This document shows, one piece after another, positions 11,106 through 20,390 of a DNA stretch of 64,000 nucleotides. The notes under the pieces are model-generated. The model saw nothing but the letters and a program-made list of their open reading frames with translations. It did no database searches and had not been told where the DNA came from. The stretch's first letter is position 1, and the number at the start of each line of letters is the position of its first letter. The DNA is from an uncultured Alphaproteobacteria bacterium (GTDB lineage: Bacteria > Pseudomonadota > Alphaproteobacteria > RF32 > CAG-239). A program made the position numbers and the translations under genes. Location: contig CALXTW010000002.1 of NCBI GenBank assembly GCA_944391515.1, positions 4,877 through 68,876 of the forward strand, read 5' to 3'.

Positions 11106-11834
11106 ATGACGATATATGTATTTGATATGGATGGGACGTTAACCCCAGCACGCAAACCAATGGAAGCTGATTTTGCGGCCCGCTTTTCTTTATGGCTTGA
11201 CGAACATAAAGCTTTTATAGCCACAGGATCAGACATCTCTAAAGTAAAAGAGCAGGTATCAGAGCCGATTCTTGATAAATTTGCCGGTGTGTATTGCGCC
11301 ATGGGTAATGACTTGTGGCATAAAGGAGCTTTCCTTTATCATAAGGATTTTACTCCGGAGCCGGAACTCTTAGCTGATTTGGAAATGTTGCGTCAAAATA
11401 GCCAATATCCTTATACTTTTTATCCAAACTATATTGAAAAACGTACCGGAATGTTAAATTTTAGCATTTTGGGACGCGATTGCCCTTATGAGGAGCGTGA
11501 GAGATACAATCAATGGGATAGTCAAAATCAGGAGAGACAAAAAGTCAGCCAATATCTGAGCGCGCGCTATCCGCAATATGACTTTGTGTTAGGTGGATCG
11601 ATTTCGATTGATATTGTTAAAAAAGGCTGTGGCAAAGGCCAAATTGCGTCGCACCTTCGTCAAAGCTATCCCCAAGAAACCATAATGTTCTTTGGCGACA
11701 AGACCTTAAAAGGCGGAAATGACTATGAATTAGCTCAAGCCCTGCGTCAATTAAGCAATACGGTTGTTGTTCAGGTGGATGGTCCGGAGCACGTCTGGTC
11801 AATTTTATCAAATCAATTAGCTCAAGCCGCGTAA
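11106..11834 (+). CDS. HAD-IIB (eukaryote-type) phosphomannomutase-like protein
   Basis: FDMDGTLTPARK, TGSD, IEKRTGMLNFS.LGR, GGSISID, FFGDKT..GGNDYE. Confidence 0.8.
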   Translation: MTIYVFDMDGTLTPARKPMEADFAARFSLWLDEHKAFIATGSDISKVKEQVSEPILDKFAGVYCAMGNDLWHKGAFLYHKDFTPEPELLADLEMLRQNSQYPYTFYPNYIEKRTGMLNFSILGRDCPYEERERYNQWDSQNQERQKVSQYLSARYPQYDFVLGGSISIDIVKKGCGKGQIASHLRQSYPQETIMFFGDKTLKGGNDYELAQALRQLSNTVVVQVDGPEHVWSILSNQLAQAA

Positions 11835-11840
11835 GCTATC

Positions 11841-11877
11841 AAAAAACTCCCGATTCGGAAGAATTGGGAGTTTTTTT
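11841..11877. terminator. Bidirectional intrinsic terminator
   Basis: AAAAAACTCCCgATTC...GAATtGGGAGTTTTTTT between convergent genes. Confidence 0.8.
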
Positions 11878-11895
11878 AAGCTAAAATCAAATAGA

Positions 11896-12210
11896 TTATA
11901 AGAATTTATCAAGGTTTTGAATATGTCTGACCGGAACTTTGTATTCTCTGGCGACATCGTCATCTTCAATTTCAACAATCAGCAACTCATCAACCGATTT
12001 GAGCGGAGATCTGGCTTTTTCATTAATATTGTCCAGCATAATTGCGCTTTCTCTGCTACGATACAAAAGGGCGCTTGAACCGCCGTCATAAACAAAACGT
12101 GGGTTTTCAGGGCCTCCTTGATGATATTTGATAATAATCAAAATTTCACCGGCAGCATTCTGCAAGATATCATATCTGCCTTCTTGTTCAGAGTTGTTTG
12201 TTTTTGCCAT
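11896..12210 (-). CDS. Hypothetical protein
   Basis: Clean ORF; AAGGA SD before ATG at 12210. Confidence 0.6.
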   Translation of the reverse strand: MAKTNNSEQEGRYDILQNAAGEILIIIKYHQGGPENPRFVYDGGSSALLYRSRESAIMLDNINEKARSPLKSVDELLIVEIEDDDVAREYKVPVRHIQNLDKFL

Positions 12211-12375
12211 AATAAGTTTCCTTATAAAATGAACCATCAAAATTTAAAAGCACGATAGCATATAATTATTAACAAATATACTACAAAATAAATTTTTTAC
12301 AAAAAAATGATTTTTTGTGTTGACTAAGTATCATTTATCTTTTATATATCACCTCGTTGTTGATAACAAATTATT

Positions 12376-12451
12376 GGGTGCGTAGCTCAGTCGGTAGAGC
12401 ATTTGACTTTTAATCAAAGGGTCTCGGGTTCGAATCCCGACGCGCTCACCA
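12376..12451 (+). tRNA. tRNA-Lys (anticodon TTT)
   Basis: 76-nt cloverleaf GGGTGCG...CGCGCTCACCA, D-arm TAGCTCAGTCGGTAGAGC, anticodon loop CTTTTAA, T-loop GTTCGAATC; TTGACT-N17-TATATA promoter at 12320-12348. Confidence 0.98.
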
Positions 12452-12635
12452 ATAGAAACCCTAGCCCGTTGGCTAGGGTTTTTTGTGTATGGAGCCAAGA
12501 TTCGAACCCGAGACAGAGGGTTCGGATTCAAGCAAGAGGCAGACGTGTCTGCCGGTGAGGGCTTTAGCCCGAGCGCGCGCCGAAGAACGAGCAACGCTTT
12601 AGCGTTGTTGAGGACAATCCCGACGCGCTCACCAA
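12433..12635. repeat. tRNA-linked element bounded by a 20-bp direct repeat of the tRNA 3' end
   Basis: AATCCCGACGCGCTCACCAA at 12433-12452 and 12616-12635; inverted copy of tRNA nt 12421-12436 at 12499-12514; several GC-rich hairpins between. Confidence 0.85.
12456..12484 (+). terminator. Intrinsic terminator after tRNA-Lys
   Basis: AAACCCTAGCC-cgtt-GGCTAGGGTTT followed by T run. Confidence 0.8.
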
Positions 12636-12790
12636 GTTTTTCTTAGAATCGCCTTCAAAACTAAAATCTCAAACAAAATTCCGATTCGCTTTGTTCAAAT
12701 GAGATGTTGTTAAAATCCCCATAAGCCTTGCAATTTCCATCCAAAAAATTTACTTATGTCACATAAGCCTAATTATTAAAAAATAATTGT

Positions 12791-12997
12791 ATGAAAGATG
12801 TGATTCTAACACAAACGGCAATAAAATATATTGTCGAGCACAGACAAGGCACGAGAGAAGAACTGATAGAACAAATCGGAGACGAACTATATAGTGAATT
12901 TTGTGAAGCAGGAATAATTTCTCGAGACGCCTATTGGAAATTGTTACGGCTTTCTAAAGCAAATTATGAAACATACTTTGGAACGCCCGAAAGCTAA
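12791..12997 (+). CDS. Small hypothetical protein
   Basis: 68-aa ORF followed by a terminator hairpin at 13021-13051. Confidence 0.5.
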   Translation: MKDVILTQTAIKYIVEHRQGTREELIEQIGDELYSEFCEAGIISRDAYWKLLRLSKANYETYFGTPES

Positions 12998-13133
12998 TCT
13001 ATGAGATTAGTCCCTAAAGAAAAATCCCCGACACCAAAACTCGGGGATTTTCCGTCAGATAAGCCAAGAAAGCGCTTGACTCAAAAGAAAGTATAAGTCT
13101 AAATAAAACTAAGTTTAAATTTTGAGAAAAGTA

Positions 13134-14318
13134 ATGACTACCGCTAAAAACTTGTATTTAACCAAAATTCAGCTCAAAGCCGAGTTGGATAGGTGTTTGA
13201 ATTGCCCAACCAAACCCTGCATGAACGCTTGTCCGGTTAACTGTAGCCCTCAGGAATTTATTTCCCATGCCCAAAAAGGCGAATATGACGAAGCTGTCAA
13301 GACCATTACGCGGAATAACCCCATGGGGCAGACATGCGGACTGATTTGTCCCGATAAATTTTGCATGAAGGCTTGCACGCGGAGTCATATTGACTTTTCG
13401 GTGAATATTCCCAAGGTTCAAGCCACCATATTGGAAAACTTTAGAAAAACCACAGAGGATTATCAAAACACGCACGCCAACGGGTACAAAATTGCCATTA
13501 TCGGTGCCGGACCGGCCGGAATGGCGGCAGCCTCTACCTTGGGTAAACAAGGCTATCAGGTAACCGTCTATGAGGCTTCGGAAGAAATCGGCGGTGCGCT
13601 GAATTTAATTCCCGATGAGCGTTTACCCCACGCCGTGATTGAGAAAGATTGGTCTTTTATTTATAATCCCGACTATATCAAACTCGAGCTAAATGCTAAA
13701 GTGGCAAATCCTGAGGAGTTGTTGACCCAAGGCTTTGACGGCGTGATTGTTTCGACCGGCGAGCCCAATTGCACAGCCTTAAATATAATAGGCGAAGACA
13801 ACAGCATTTCTTATATGAAATATTTGCACAATCCCGAAATTTATAAAACAACGGGCAAAGTAGCAATTATCGGTGGCGGAAATGTTGCGGCTGACTGTGC
13901 GCTAACGGCTGCGGCCAATGGCTCTGAACATGTGGAAATGTTTGTTCGTCGTCGGTTGTCGGATATGCGTATTTCCAAACACGAATATCTGGAGCTGATT
14001 AATCGTCAGGTAAACATTACGGCGCTGACCAGCCCTGAGAGATTCGAAAAGAAAAACGGCAAAATCTCGCTCTTTGTACATAAAAATCAATTTGAGAACG
14101 GAAAACTCCAAGCCTTGCCCAATTCCACCATCGAGCTTCCGGGGTTTGATTTAGTGATTAAAGCTGTCGGCAGTAAGGCCGACCCCAAAATTGATAATCC
14201 GCGCATTATCTATGCCGGTGACTGCAAAACCGGAGGTTCGACCATTGTGGAGGCTTTGTCTTCAGGCAAAACGGCGGCTGAATTGATGATGCATGAATTG
14301 GCTTGCGCCGCAGAATAA
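13134..14318 (+). CDS. PreT/GltD-like Fe-S flavoprotein oxidoreductase
   Basis: RCLNC-x4-C-x3-CP, CGLICP..C..AC, IIGAGPAG, IIGGGNVAAD, YAGD; terminator at 14328-14364. Confidence 0.8.
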   Translation: MTTAKNLYLTKIQLKAELDRCLNCPTKPCMNACPVNCSPQEFISHAQKGEYDEAVKTITRNNPMGQTCGLICPDKFCMKACTRSHIDFSVNIPKVQATILENFRKTTEDYQNTHANGYKIAIIGAGPAGMAAASTLGKQGYQVTVYEASEEIGGALNLIPDERLPHAVIEKDWSFIYNPDYIKLELNAKVANPEELLTQGFDGVIVSTGEPNCTALNIIGEDNSISYMKYLHNPEIYKTTGKVAIIGGGNVAADCALTAAANGSEHVEMFVRRRLSDMRISKHEYLELINRQVNITALTSPERFEKKNGKISLFVHKNQFENGKLQALPNSTIELPGFDLVIKAVGSKADPKIDNPRIIYAGDCKTGGSTIVEALSSGKTAAELMMHELACAAE

Positions 14319-14383
14319 AAGCAATAAAAAATCCCCTCTAAAAAAATAGACCAGAGGGGATTTTGTTTGAGGTCTATTGTATT

Positions 14384-14923
14384 TTAAGCGTGCAGGCCGG
14401 CCTGATAAGCCTCATCCATTGCCGGAGAGGACTGAATATCGCCGATATTCCAAGCCCCAGTGCCATAAATAATGCCTTTTTCTTTTGCATTATCCAAACA
14501 ATCCTCGGTAAAGCCGCGAAAAGCCTCTAAAACACGTTGCATATTTTGTTTGCTGGTATCCGCCGCAGCAATAATGAAATAAATGTCTTTGTTGCTGATT
14601 TCGGTATATCTCGGCACACAGCGGTCAATAAACGTTTTCATTTGCCCGTTCATAGAGTAGAAATAAACCGGCGTAGCAAACACAATCACATCAGCTTCAA
14701 CCATTTTGTTTAAGATTTCTTCCATATCATCTTTTTGCACGCATTTGTGCGTATTGTTACAAACACCGCATCCATGGCAAAAATTAATATGTTTGTCGTT
14801 GAGGTTGATTTTTTCAACTCTGTTTCCGGACTCAAGCGCACCTTTAATAAATTGGTTGCACAAAGTTTCGGAGTTGCCGTTTTTGCGAAAACTAGCAGAG
14901 ATAACTAAAATTTGTTTAGACAT
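14384..14923 (-). CDS. Flavodoxin-fold NADPH-dependent FMN reductase / iron-sulfur flavoprotein
   Basis: SFRKNGNS, CHGCGVC-x5-C, ATPVYFYSM..QMKTFIDR. Confidence 0.85.
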   Translation of the reverse strand: MSKQILVISASFRKNGNSETLCNQFIKGALESGNRVEKINLNDKHINFCHGCGVCNNTHKCVQKDDMEEILNKMVEADVIVFATPVYFYSMNGQMKTFIDRCVPRYTEISNKDIYFIIAAADTSKQNMQRVLEAFRGFTEDCLDNAKEKGIIYGTGAWNIGDIQSSPAMDEAYQAGLHA

Positions 14924-14950
14924 GTACTATTCCTTTCAAATAAGAAGTAA

Positions 14951-15736
14951 TTAGTTGTTGGTCAGAGCAGATACCGCGGCAATACCGTTAAGCGTTCTGG
15001 GATAACCGATATAAGGCAACATCTGCGTCAGAACCGCAAATAAGGTTTCTTTGTCGTTGCCGATGTTGATATTTCCTTGTGCATGAGCTTTGACCTGAGC
15101 ATCAGCACCGCCTAAGGCCACCAAGGTTGCAAAAGTCAGCAATTCACGAGTCTTGAGCTCCAAACCGGTTCGGGTATAATAATCACCGAAACAATTTGCC
15201 GACAAAAAGTCTTGAATATGTTTGAGGTTTGCGGGAGCATTTTCACGCATGGTTAAAATGTTTTGTTCCCCGAAAATTTGGCATTGAGCCTGCAATCCTT
15301 TGTCAAAACGAGTCTCAGTCGTAACGGTTGCTTGATTAGGCAAGGGAAGATTAATTCCCTTTTGAGCCATAATCTGGTTGGAAAGCGCTAAAAAGTCAGC
15401 AGCCTTTGCCATCCCGACATAAGGAATTGTCTGTACCACTGCTTCATGGAGTTTAATTGGCGAAATTTGAGCATCTAAGGCCTCATCTAAAACTTGGCGA
15501 AAACTCTCTTGTCCTTGCGCGGCCACATTGGCAACGATTAACACCAAATATCTCTCCTCATTTGAGAGTTTGTTTTGCGCTAAAACCTCATTTTTAACAA
15601 AGTCTTGCCATACTTGCACAATGTCGGTTTGGTTTAGTTTTGATGTCTGAGCCATTTTATTTCTCCCTATAACAATTCCTAAACTAAGTCCTACCACTAG
15701 TAAGACAAGGGAAAGAATAAGTCCTTTTGCCTTCAT
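14951..15736 (-). CDS. Carboxymuconolactone decarboxylase family protein (two CMD repeats)
   Basis: FGDYYTR.GL..KTRELLT, LPYIGYPR, duplicated PYVG motif. Confidence 0.85.
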   Translation of the reverse strand: MKAKGLILSLVLLVVGLSLGIVIGRNKMAQTSKLNQTDIVQVWQDFVKNEVLAQNKLSNEERYLVLIVANVAAQGQESFRQVLDEALDAQISPIKLHEAVVQTIPYVGMAKAADFLALSNQIMAQKGINLPLPNQATVTTETRFDKGLQAQCQIFGEQNILTMRENAPANLKHIQDFLSANCFGDYYTRTGLELKTRELLTFATLVALGGADAQVKAHAQGNINIGNDKETLFAVLTQMLPYIGYPRTLNGIAAVSALTNN

Positions 15737-17253
15737 TACTTATATTCCTCATCTTTGACCGGTTCCAGCCAAGTAGCCACATTGTTTGGCACATTAGTCT
15801 CAACCGAAATATGTGTAAACCAGCTATTTGGTGCGGCACCATGCCAGTGTTCAAAATCTGGCGCAATCCGAACAACATCACCTTTGTGCAAAATTTGAAT
15901 TTCTTTGCCTCGTTCTTGGTAACGACCTTCACCACTCAAGACAAGTAAGATTTGTCCGCCACTGTGCTTGTGCCAGTTTGTACGCGCCTTTGGTTCAAAG
16001 GTAACATTGCCGATAGGTGCATTAAAGGTTTTGTCATTAGGGCTAAGCATGGTGAGGTAAGTTTGTCCGGTAAAAAACTTGCCGTAAGGATTGGGCTCAC
16101 CTTGTTCAAAAACAGTATCAATCGGTGCTTTTTGCATATTCTCCTCCTCTTTGGGTTTAAGGTTAATGAGTGTAATTTCAGATTCTGCACCAAAACGCAT
16201 TTGCGGTCCCCATTGTCCGGCACCGTTAGAAACATAAATCAGAGCGCCATTTTCCAAATGATACAAACCGGATAAGTAAGGATTATAAGCTTTGGTCAGA
16301 ATATGAAAAGGAAAGATTTGCCCGCCGTGTGTATGACCTGAAATTTCCAAATCAAATATTGGCTCATTGTTAAAATCACTTGGTGTGTGTGACATTAAGA
16401 TTTTGTATTGATTGTTGCTCGCAAGTTTGAAAGCCCTTTGGGCGTCAGCTTCTTTTTTGTATGCCTGACCCGAGAATAAATCGGGGATTCCCGCCACATA
16501 AACTTCCCCAAGCGAAACACCGTCATTTTCCAACAACTTGAACCCTTGAGCTTTAAGAGCGGCAATGCTTGCCTGATAACCGTTATAAAATTCGTGATTT
16601 CCGGTTACAAAATAAATGCCGCGCGGCGCCTTTAAGTCTTTGAGCAAGGATAAGGTTTTAGCGCTGATTTGCGTGTCATCATCAATAATATCACCACCCA
16701 ATAAAACCACATCGGGTTTAAGCGCATTGGCTCTTTGCACAATTGCTTTGACCTTGTCATCAGCAATCACGCGGTGAATATGAATATCACTTAAATAAGC
16801 GATTCTCAGAGGCTTTGAGATTTTATCCGAGACAATGTTGACTTCTTGCACGTCGGGAACTTTTGTGCCGGCATATAACGCATAAGCAGAGCATAAAAAG
16901 GCTGCCAATATCAAACCCAAATTAATTTTTCCGCTATTAAGCCAATTGGCGGTAGAAGAGTTGATAAACTTGCATCCCAAGAGTGCTAAATCGCGCAATA
17001 CAACACCGCTGAATAAGATAATGCCCATAATAAAAATAAAATAGAGTAGGTAGCGGTAAAAGGGATAAACTTTCCCCAAAATTTGTTCCGCTTGGTAGGA
17101 GACGAAGAGAGGAATACACCCCATTATAAGCATAATGACCAACAAAGTAGCTTTGCCCGCCCAAGCAATATCCAGTCCGTAAACCAGCCTAAAAAACAAA
17201 TATAAAAAGACCAAACTCCCTAAGGCAGAGGTGGTAATAGCGCAAGAAATCAT
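15736..17253 (-). CDS. Membrane metallophosphoesterase fused to a C-terminal cupin domain
   Basis: SDIH, GGD, TGNHE, SHTP, SGHTHGGQ; cupin motifs NVTFEP.ART.WH.H..GQ and HWHGA; internal SD plus ATG at 16137. Confidence 0.85.
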   Translation of the reverse strand: MISCAITTSALGSLVFLYLFFRLVYGLDIAWAGKATLLVIMLIMGCIPLFVSYQAEQILGKVYPFYRYLLYFIFIMGIILFSGVVLRDLALLGCKFINSSTANWLNSGKINLGLILAAFLCSAYALYAGTKVPDVQEVNIVSDKISKPLRIAYLSDIHIHRVIADDKVKAIVQRANALKPDVVLLGGDIIDDDTQISAKTLSLLKDLKAPRGIYFVTGNHEFYNGYQASIAALKAQGFKLLENDGVSLGEVYVAGIPDLFSGQAYKKEADAQRAFKLASNNQYKILMSHTPSDFNNEPIFDLEISGHTHGGQIFPFHILTKAYNPYLSGLYHLENGALIYVSNGAGQWGPQMRFGAESEITLINLKPKEEENMQKAPIDTVFEQGEPNPYGKFFTGQTYLTMLSPNDKTFNAPIGNVTFEPKARTNWHKHSGGQILLVLSGEGRYQERGKEIQILHKGDVVRIAPDFEHWHGAAPNSWFTHISVETNVPNNVATWLEPVKDEEYK

Positions 17254-17291
17254 CTTTATCTCCTCTCACATAAGTTTTCGATTCTGTTACT

Positions 17292-17322
17292 ATCATAGTT
17301 TTTAGAGTTAACTCTAAGTCAA
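17292..17322 (-). promoter_or_regulatory. MerR-type promoter with 19-bp spacer and dyad operator
   Basis: Minus strand TTGACT-N19-TATGAT; the spacer carries the perfect 16-bp palindrome TTAGAGTTAACTCTAA (17302-17317); divergent from the merR-family gene. Confidence 0.85.
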
Positions 17323-17382
17323 GAGTTTTTGTTGACGTGGGATAAAAAATTTATTACAGTCAAGAAAACGAAGGAGGAAATT

Positions 17383-17811
17383 ATGGGATATTCAATCGGG
17401 CAAGTTGCCAAAAAAACCGGTTTGACGGCACACACTCTTAGGTATTATGAAAAAGAGGGCTTGTTACCCTTTGTCAAAAAGAGTGGCTCCGGCTTGAGAG
17501 TTTTTTCAGATTCGGATTTGGATTGGCTGGTGTTAATTGAATGCCTTAAAGGCACCGGTATGAGCCTCAAAGACATTAAACAATATATTGATTGGTATAT
17601 GGAAGGCGATTCGACCCTCAACCAAAGACTGGAAATGTTTAAGCGTCAAAAGCTAAAATTAGAAGAGCAAATGAGCCAGCTCCAAAAACACATGGAAAAA
17701 ATCAATTATAAAATTGCTTACTATACGGAAATCATTGCCAACGGCAGTGAAGGCGTTTTTGAGCGCAATCCTGAGTTGGCGGCCGAAAGAAAACGGGTCT
17801 ATGGCAAATAA
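17383..17811 (+). CDS. MerR-family transcriptional regulator (AdhR/NmlR-like)
   Basis: YSIGQVAKKTGLTAHTLRYYEKEGLL HTH, single Cys in IECLK; AGGAGG SD. Confidence 0.92.
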   Translation: MGYSIGQVAKKTGLTAHTLRYYEKEGLLPFVKKSGSGLRVFSDSDLDWLVLIECLKGTGMSLKDIKQYIDWYMEGDSTLNQRLEMFKRQKLKLEEQMSQLQKHMEKINYKIAYYTEIIANGSEGVFERNPELAAERKRVYGK

Positions 17812-18162
17812 ATGTTAGAAAACGACATATTTTCAAGACTTTCCAAGTCGCCGTTTCGTTCACGCTTTAAGCTTTCCCCGAAAGATACAGCCTATGTCAC
17901 AACCAAGGGATTGGAAACAATCAAAAAACACGCCGAGGATTTTATCTCTCAAAGATTAGCTCCGGCCGATATTGAAAACGACGGCAAACAAACGCCCATG
18001 CGCAATCACCCGGTTTTTGTGGCACAGCATGCGACGGCTTGTTGTTGCCGCGGTTGTCTGGAAAAATGGCACCATATTCCCAAAGGACGGGTCCTAACTC
18101 CGGATGAGCAGAGCTATATTGTAGAAGTGATTATGTGCTGGATTTCCCGCCAAATGAGCTAG
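17812..18162 (+). CDS. DUF4186-like protein
   Basis: SPFRSRF.L, NDGKQTPM..HPVF.AQHATACCCRGCLEKWH. Confidence 0.8.
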   Translation: MLENDIFSRLSKSPFRSRFKLSPKDTAYVTTKGLETIKKHAEDFISQRLAPADIENDGKQTPMRNHPVFVAQHATACCCRGCLEKWHHIPKGRVLTPDEQSYIVEVIMCWISRQMS

Positions 18163-18626
18163 ATGAGGGAAGCCACCTTAACCCCGACAACCTTTTGCAA
18201 ATCACTCAACGCCAGCTCCACCTGACAACCGATTTTTCCGCCGCTAAAGATAATGCTCTCAAAGTTTTGAGCGCTTTCATCAATAAATGTCGGAAAAACT
18301 TTTTTCATCCCAATTGGGGAGCATCCGCCGTGAATATATCCGGTCAAAGGCAGAAGTTCTTTACTTTTTACCATTTCCACCGACTTTTCTCCTGCGCATT
18401 CGGCGGCTTTTTTCAAATCAAGCTCTTGGGCCACCGGAATCATATATACATAATGTTGCTTAGATTTGCCGACGGTAACCAAGGTCTTAAAGACTTGTGC
18501 CGGATTTTGGTTAAGCCTGTCAGCTACTTCTACGCCGCTGAGTGCGGTGGCAGCGTCATAAACATAGTGTTTATAAACAATTTTGTTCTTGTCTAAGATT
18601 CGCATTGCATTTGTTTTCGCTTCCAT
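18159..18626 (-). CDS. ybaK: Cys-tRNA(Pro) deacylase
   Basis: KTNAMRILD, VFKTLV, TGYIHGGCSPIG, SGGKIG. Confidence 0.9.
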   Translation of the reverse strand: MEAKTNAMRILDKNKIVYKHYVYDAATALSGVEVADRLNQNPAQVFKTLVTVGKSKQHYVYMIPVAQELDLKKAAECAGEKSVEMVKSKELLPLTGYIHGGCSPIGMKKVFPTFIDESAQNFESIIFSGGKIGCQVELALSDLQKVVGVKVASLI

Positions 18627-18722
18627 TTTTTATTCCTCTGGTGATTAGTCGGCAATATGGCTTTAAAATCTGTGTTTTTTTGTTATATTACCGAAAGATT
18701 AGATTATAAAGAGGTTTTTTAT

Positions 18723-20387
18723 ATGCTGATAGAGGTTTTTTTATTTCTGGTAGTGGCAGGAGTTTTGCCCATTGCCATCAAAGGGAAAAGACTTTCATTT
18801 GTGTATTTATTGTTGCTGACCATTAGTATGGCATTAATGCTTGGCTATTTTTATCAGAATTGGCAACAAGGCACCAAAGATAATTTCACCTATGATTGGG
18901 TTTCATCCCCATACTATCCGATAAAAATACACCTATTTTCCAATTTTACACATTATGCGCAGATATTTCCGTTTTTCCTCATCAGCGTTGTGATGATAAT
19001 TTTTAACTGTTTCAGCAAGATTGAAAAACGAAAATTAGAGCAAAACGGATTGATTTGTTTGAATCTCGGAGCACTGATAATGCTCATCTGCGGCGAAAAC
19101 ACCATCCAACTTTTGGTAAGTGCCTGCGTGATAGATGTGTTGGGATTTTATATTATCAATGAGAGTGCCGCACGCCGAAAATATATCTTTTATAATCTGA
19201 TGGCTGATATGGGGCTGTTTATGCTGTTTGCCTTAATCTGGGGTTACACGGAATCAATCCGTTTAAGTGATTTGGGTAAATATTTTGAGCAAGGCGAACA
19301 CCGTGATTTGGTTTGCATTTTATTGTTATTGTGCTTGTTCATAAAATCGGGATTATTTTTGTTTCAAACCCCGTTGCAAAATTGGAATATTCTCAATATG
19401 CGTACGATCATGGTGCTGTCATTTTTATCCACGCCGATAAGCGGTTATATTTTATTGTTCAAGACTTTGCCGTTATTGCCGCTGTCCAAATATTCCGAAC
19501 CGCTTGTATTGTTTTTTGCTTATGCCTCTATGGTTTGGGGTGGAATAGGTGCCATTTTGATAGACAACTTACGCTCCAAGCTCATCTATCTTAATATGAT
19601 ATTATCCGGTTTAATGTATGCTTTGTTGCAAGCAGGTCTCACGCCGGATACGCCGATTTTTGCCTCTTTGATATTGGGCGGTTTTTTGCTTTCCGGCAGT
19701 TTGTTGTTAGTGGCATTAGGAAGTTCAAATGAAGTTTACGTTTCATCAATGGGCGGATTTATAGCCAATCTCAAGCTCTCGTTTATGGTAACATTGTTTG
19801 GCATATTGGCCTATATACAAGTTTTATATACACTTTCTCAAACCTATAATTTTATACCAATGATTGCTTTAGGTTTGATTTCTGTGAGTACGGCTTCAAT
19901 TTGGTCGCATATATATTTTAGCCCATCCAATGCAGATGAGCGTGTTTTAGCAATGTTAAAAAACCCGTTGTTTGTGTATTGGGGAATTATCTTAATCTTG
20001 GCTCTATATGTCCTTTATCAGGAAGGAACACCCGATATTGCATCTTATGCCATTTTAAGCGGAATATTCCTTCTTGCAATAAGCGGAATTTTTAATAAGA
20101 TACTCCCTATATACGAAAACGAGCAAGTTCAAGAAAGTGACAGATTTTCAGATTTTTATCACTATTTTGTTATTGGCCCGATTAAGGTTTTGGGGCGTGT
20201 CCTGTGGTTAACGATAGACTTTTTGATAATCGAACGAACCATAATCTATACCTCAAGAAACACGGTTAATTTACTGATAGGATTTTTTCAAAAAATACAC
20301 ACTCAAGCCAAATGGGCTTATCCGTTTTTCCTGATTTTAGGATGTGGAATGATATATGGGTCATATATTTTGGCAGAAGGGAGATAA
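18723..20387 (+). CDS. nuoL: Divergent NuoL/MrpA-like antiporter-type membrane subunit
   Basis: Polytopic membrane protein, KSG..L.. helix, MGG motif; position upstream of nuoM-nuoN-birA. Confidence 0.6.
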   Translation: MLIEVFLFLVVAGVLPIAIKGKRLSFVYLLLLTISMALMLGYFYQNWQQGTKDNFTYDWVSSPYYPIKIHLFSNFTHYAQIFPFFLISVVMIIFNCFSKIEKRKLEQNGLICLNLGALIMLICGENTIQLLVSACVIDVLGFYIINESAARRKYIFYNLMADMGLFMLFALIWGYTESIRLSDLGKYFEQGEHRDLVCILLLLCLFIKSGLFLFQTPLQNWNILNMRTIMVLSFLSTPISGYILLFKTLPLLPLSKYSEPLVLFFAYASMVWGGIGAILIDNLRSKLIYLNMILSGLMYALLQAGLTPDTPIFASLILGGFLLSGSLLLVALGSSNEVYVSSMGGFIANLKLSFMVTLFGILAYIQVLYTLSQTYNFIPMIALGLISVSTASIWSHIYFSPSNADERVLAMLKNPLFVYWGIILILALYVLYQEGTPDIASYAILSGIFLLAISGIFNKILPIYENEQVQESDRFSDFYHYFVIGPIKVLGRVLWLTIDFLIIERTIIYTSRNTVNLLIGFFQKIHTQAKWAYPFFLILGCGMIYGSYILAEGR

Positions 20388-20390
20388 AAG

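Noticed and set aside
12349-12594. 81-aa minus-strand ORF
   Set aside because: It is the antisense reading of tRNA-Lys and the linked repeat, not a gene
18135-18596. 153-aa plus-strand ORF
   Set aside because: Shadow of ybaK on the opposite strand; the many other short overlapping ORFs in the track were dismissed for the same reason
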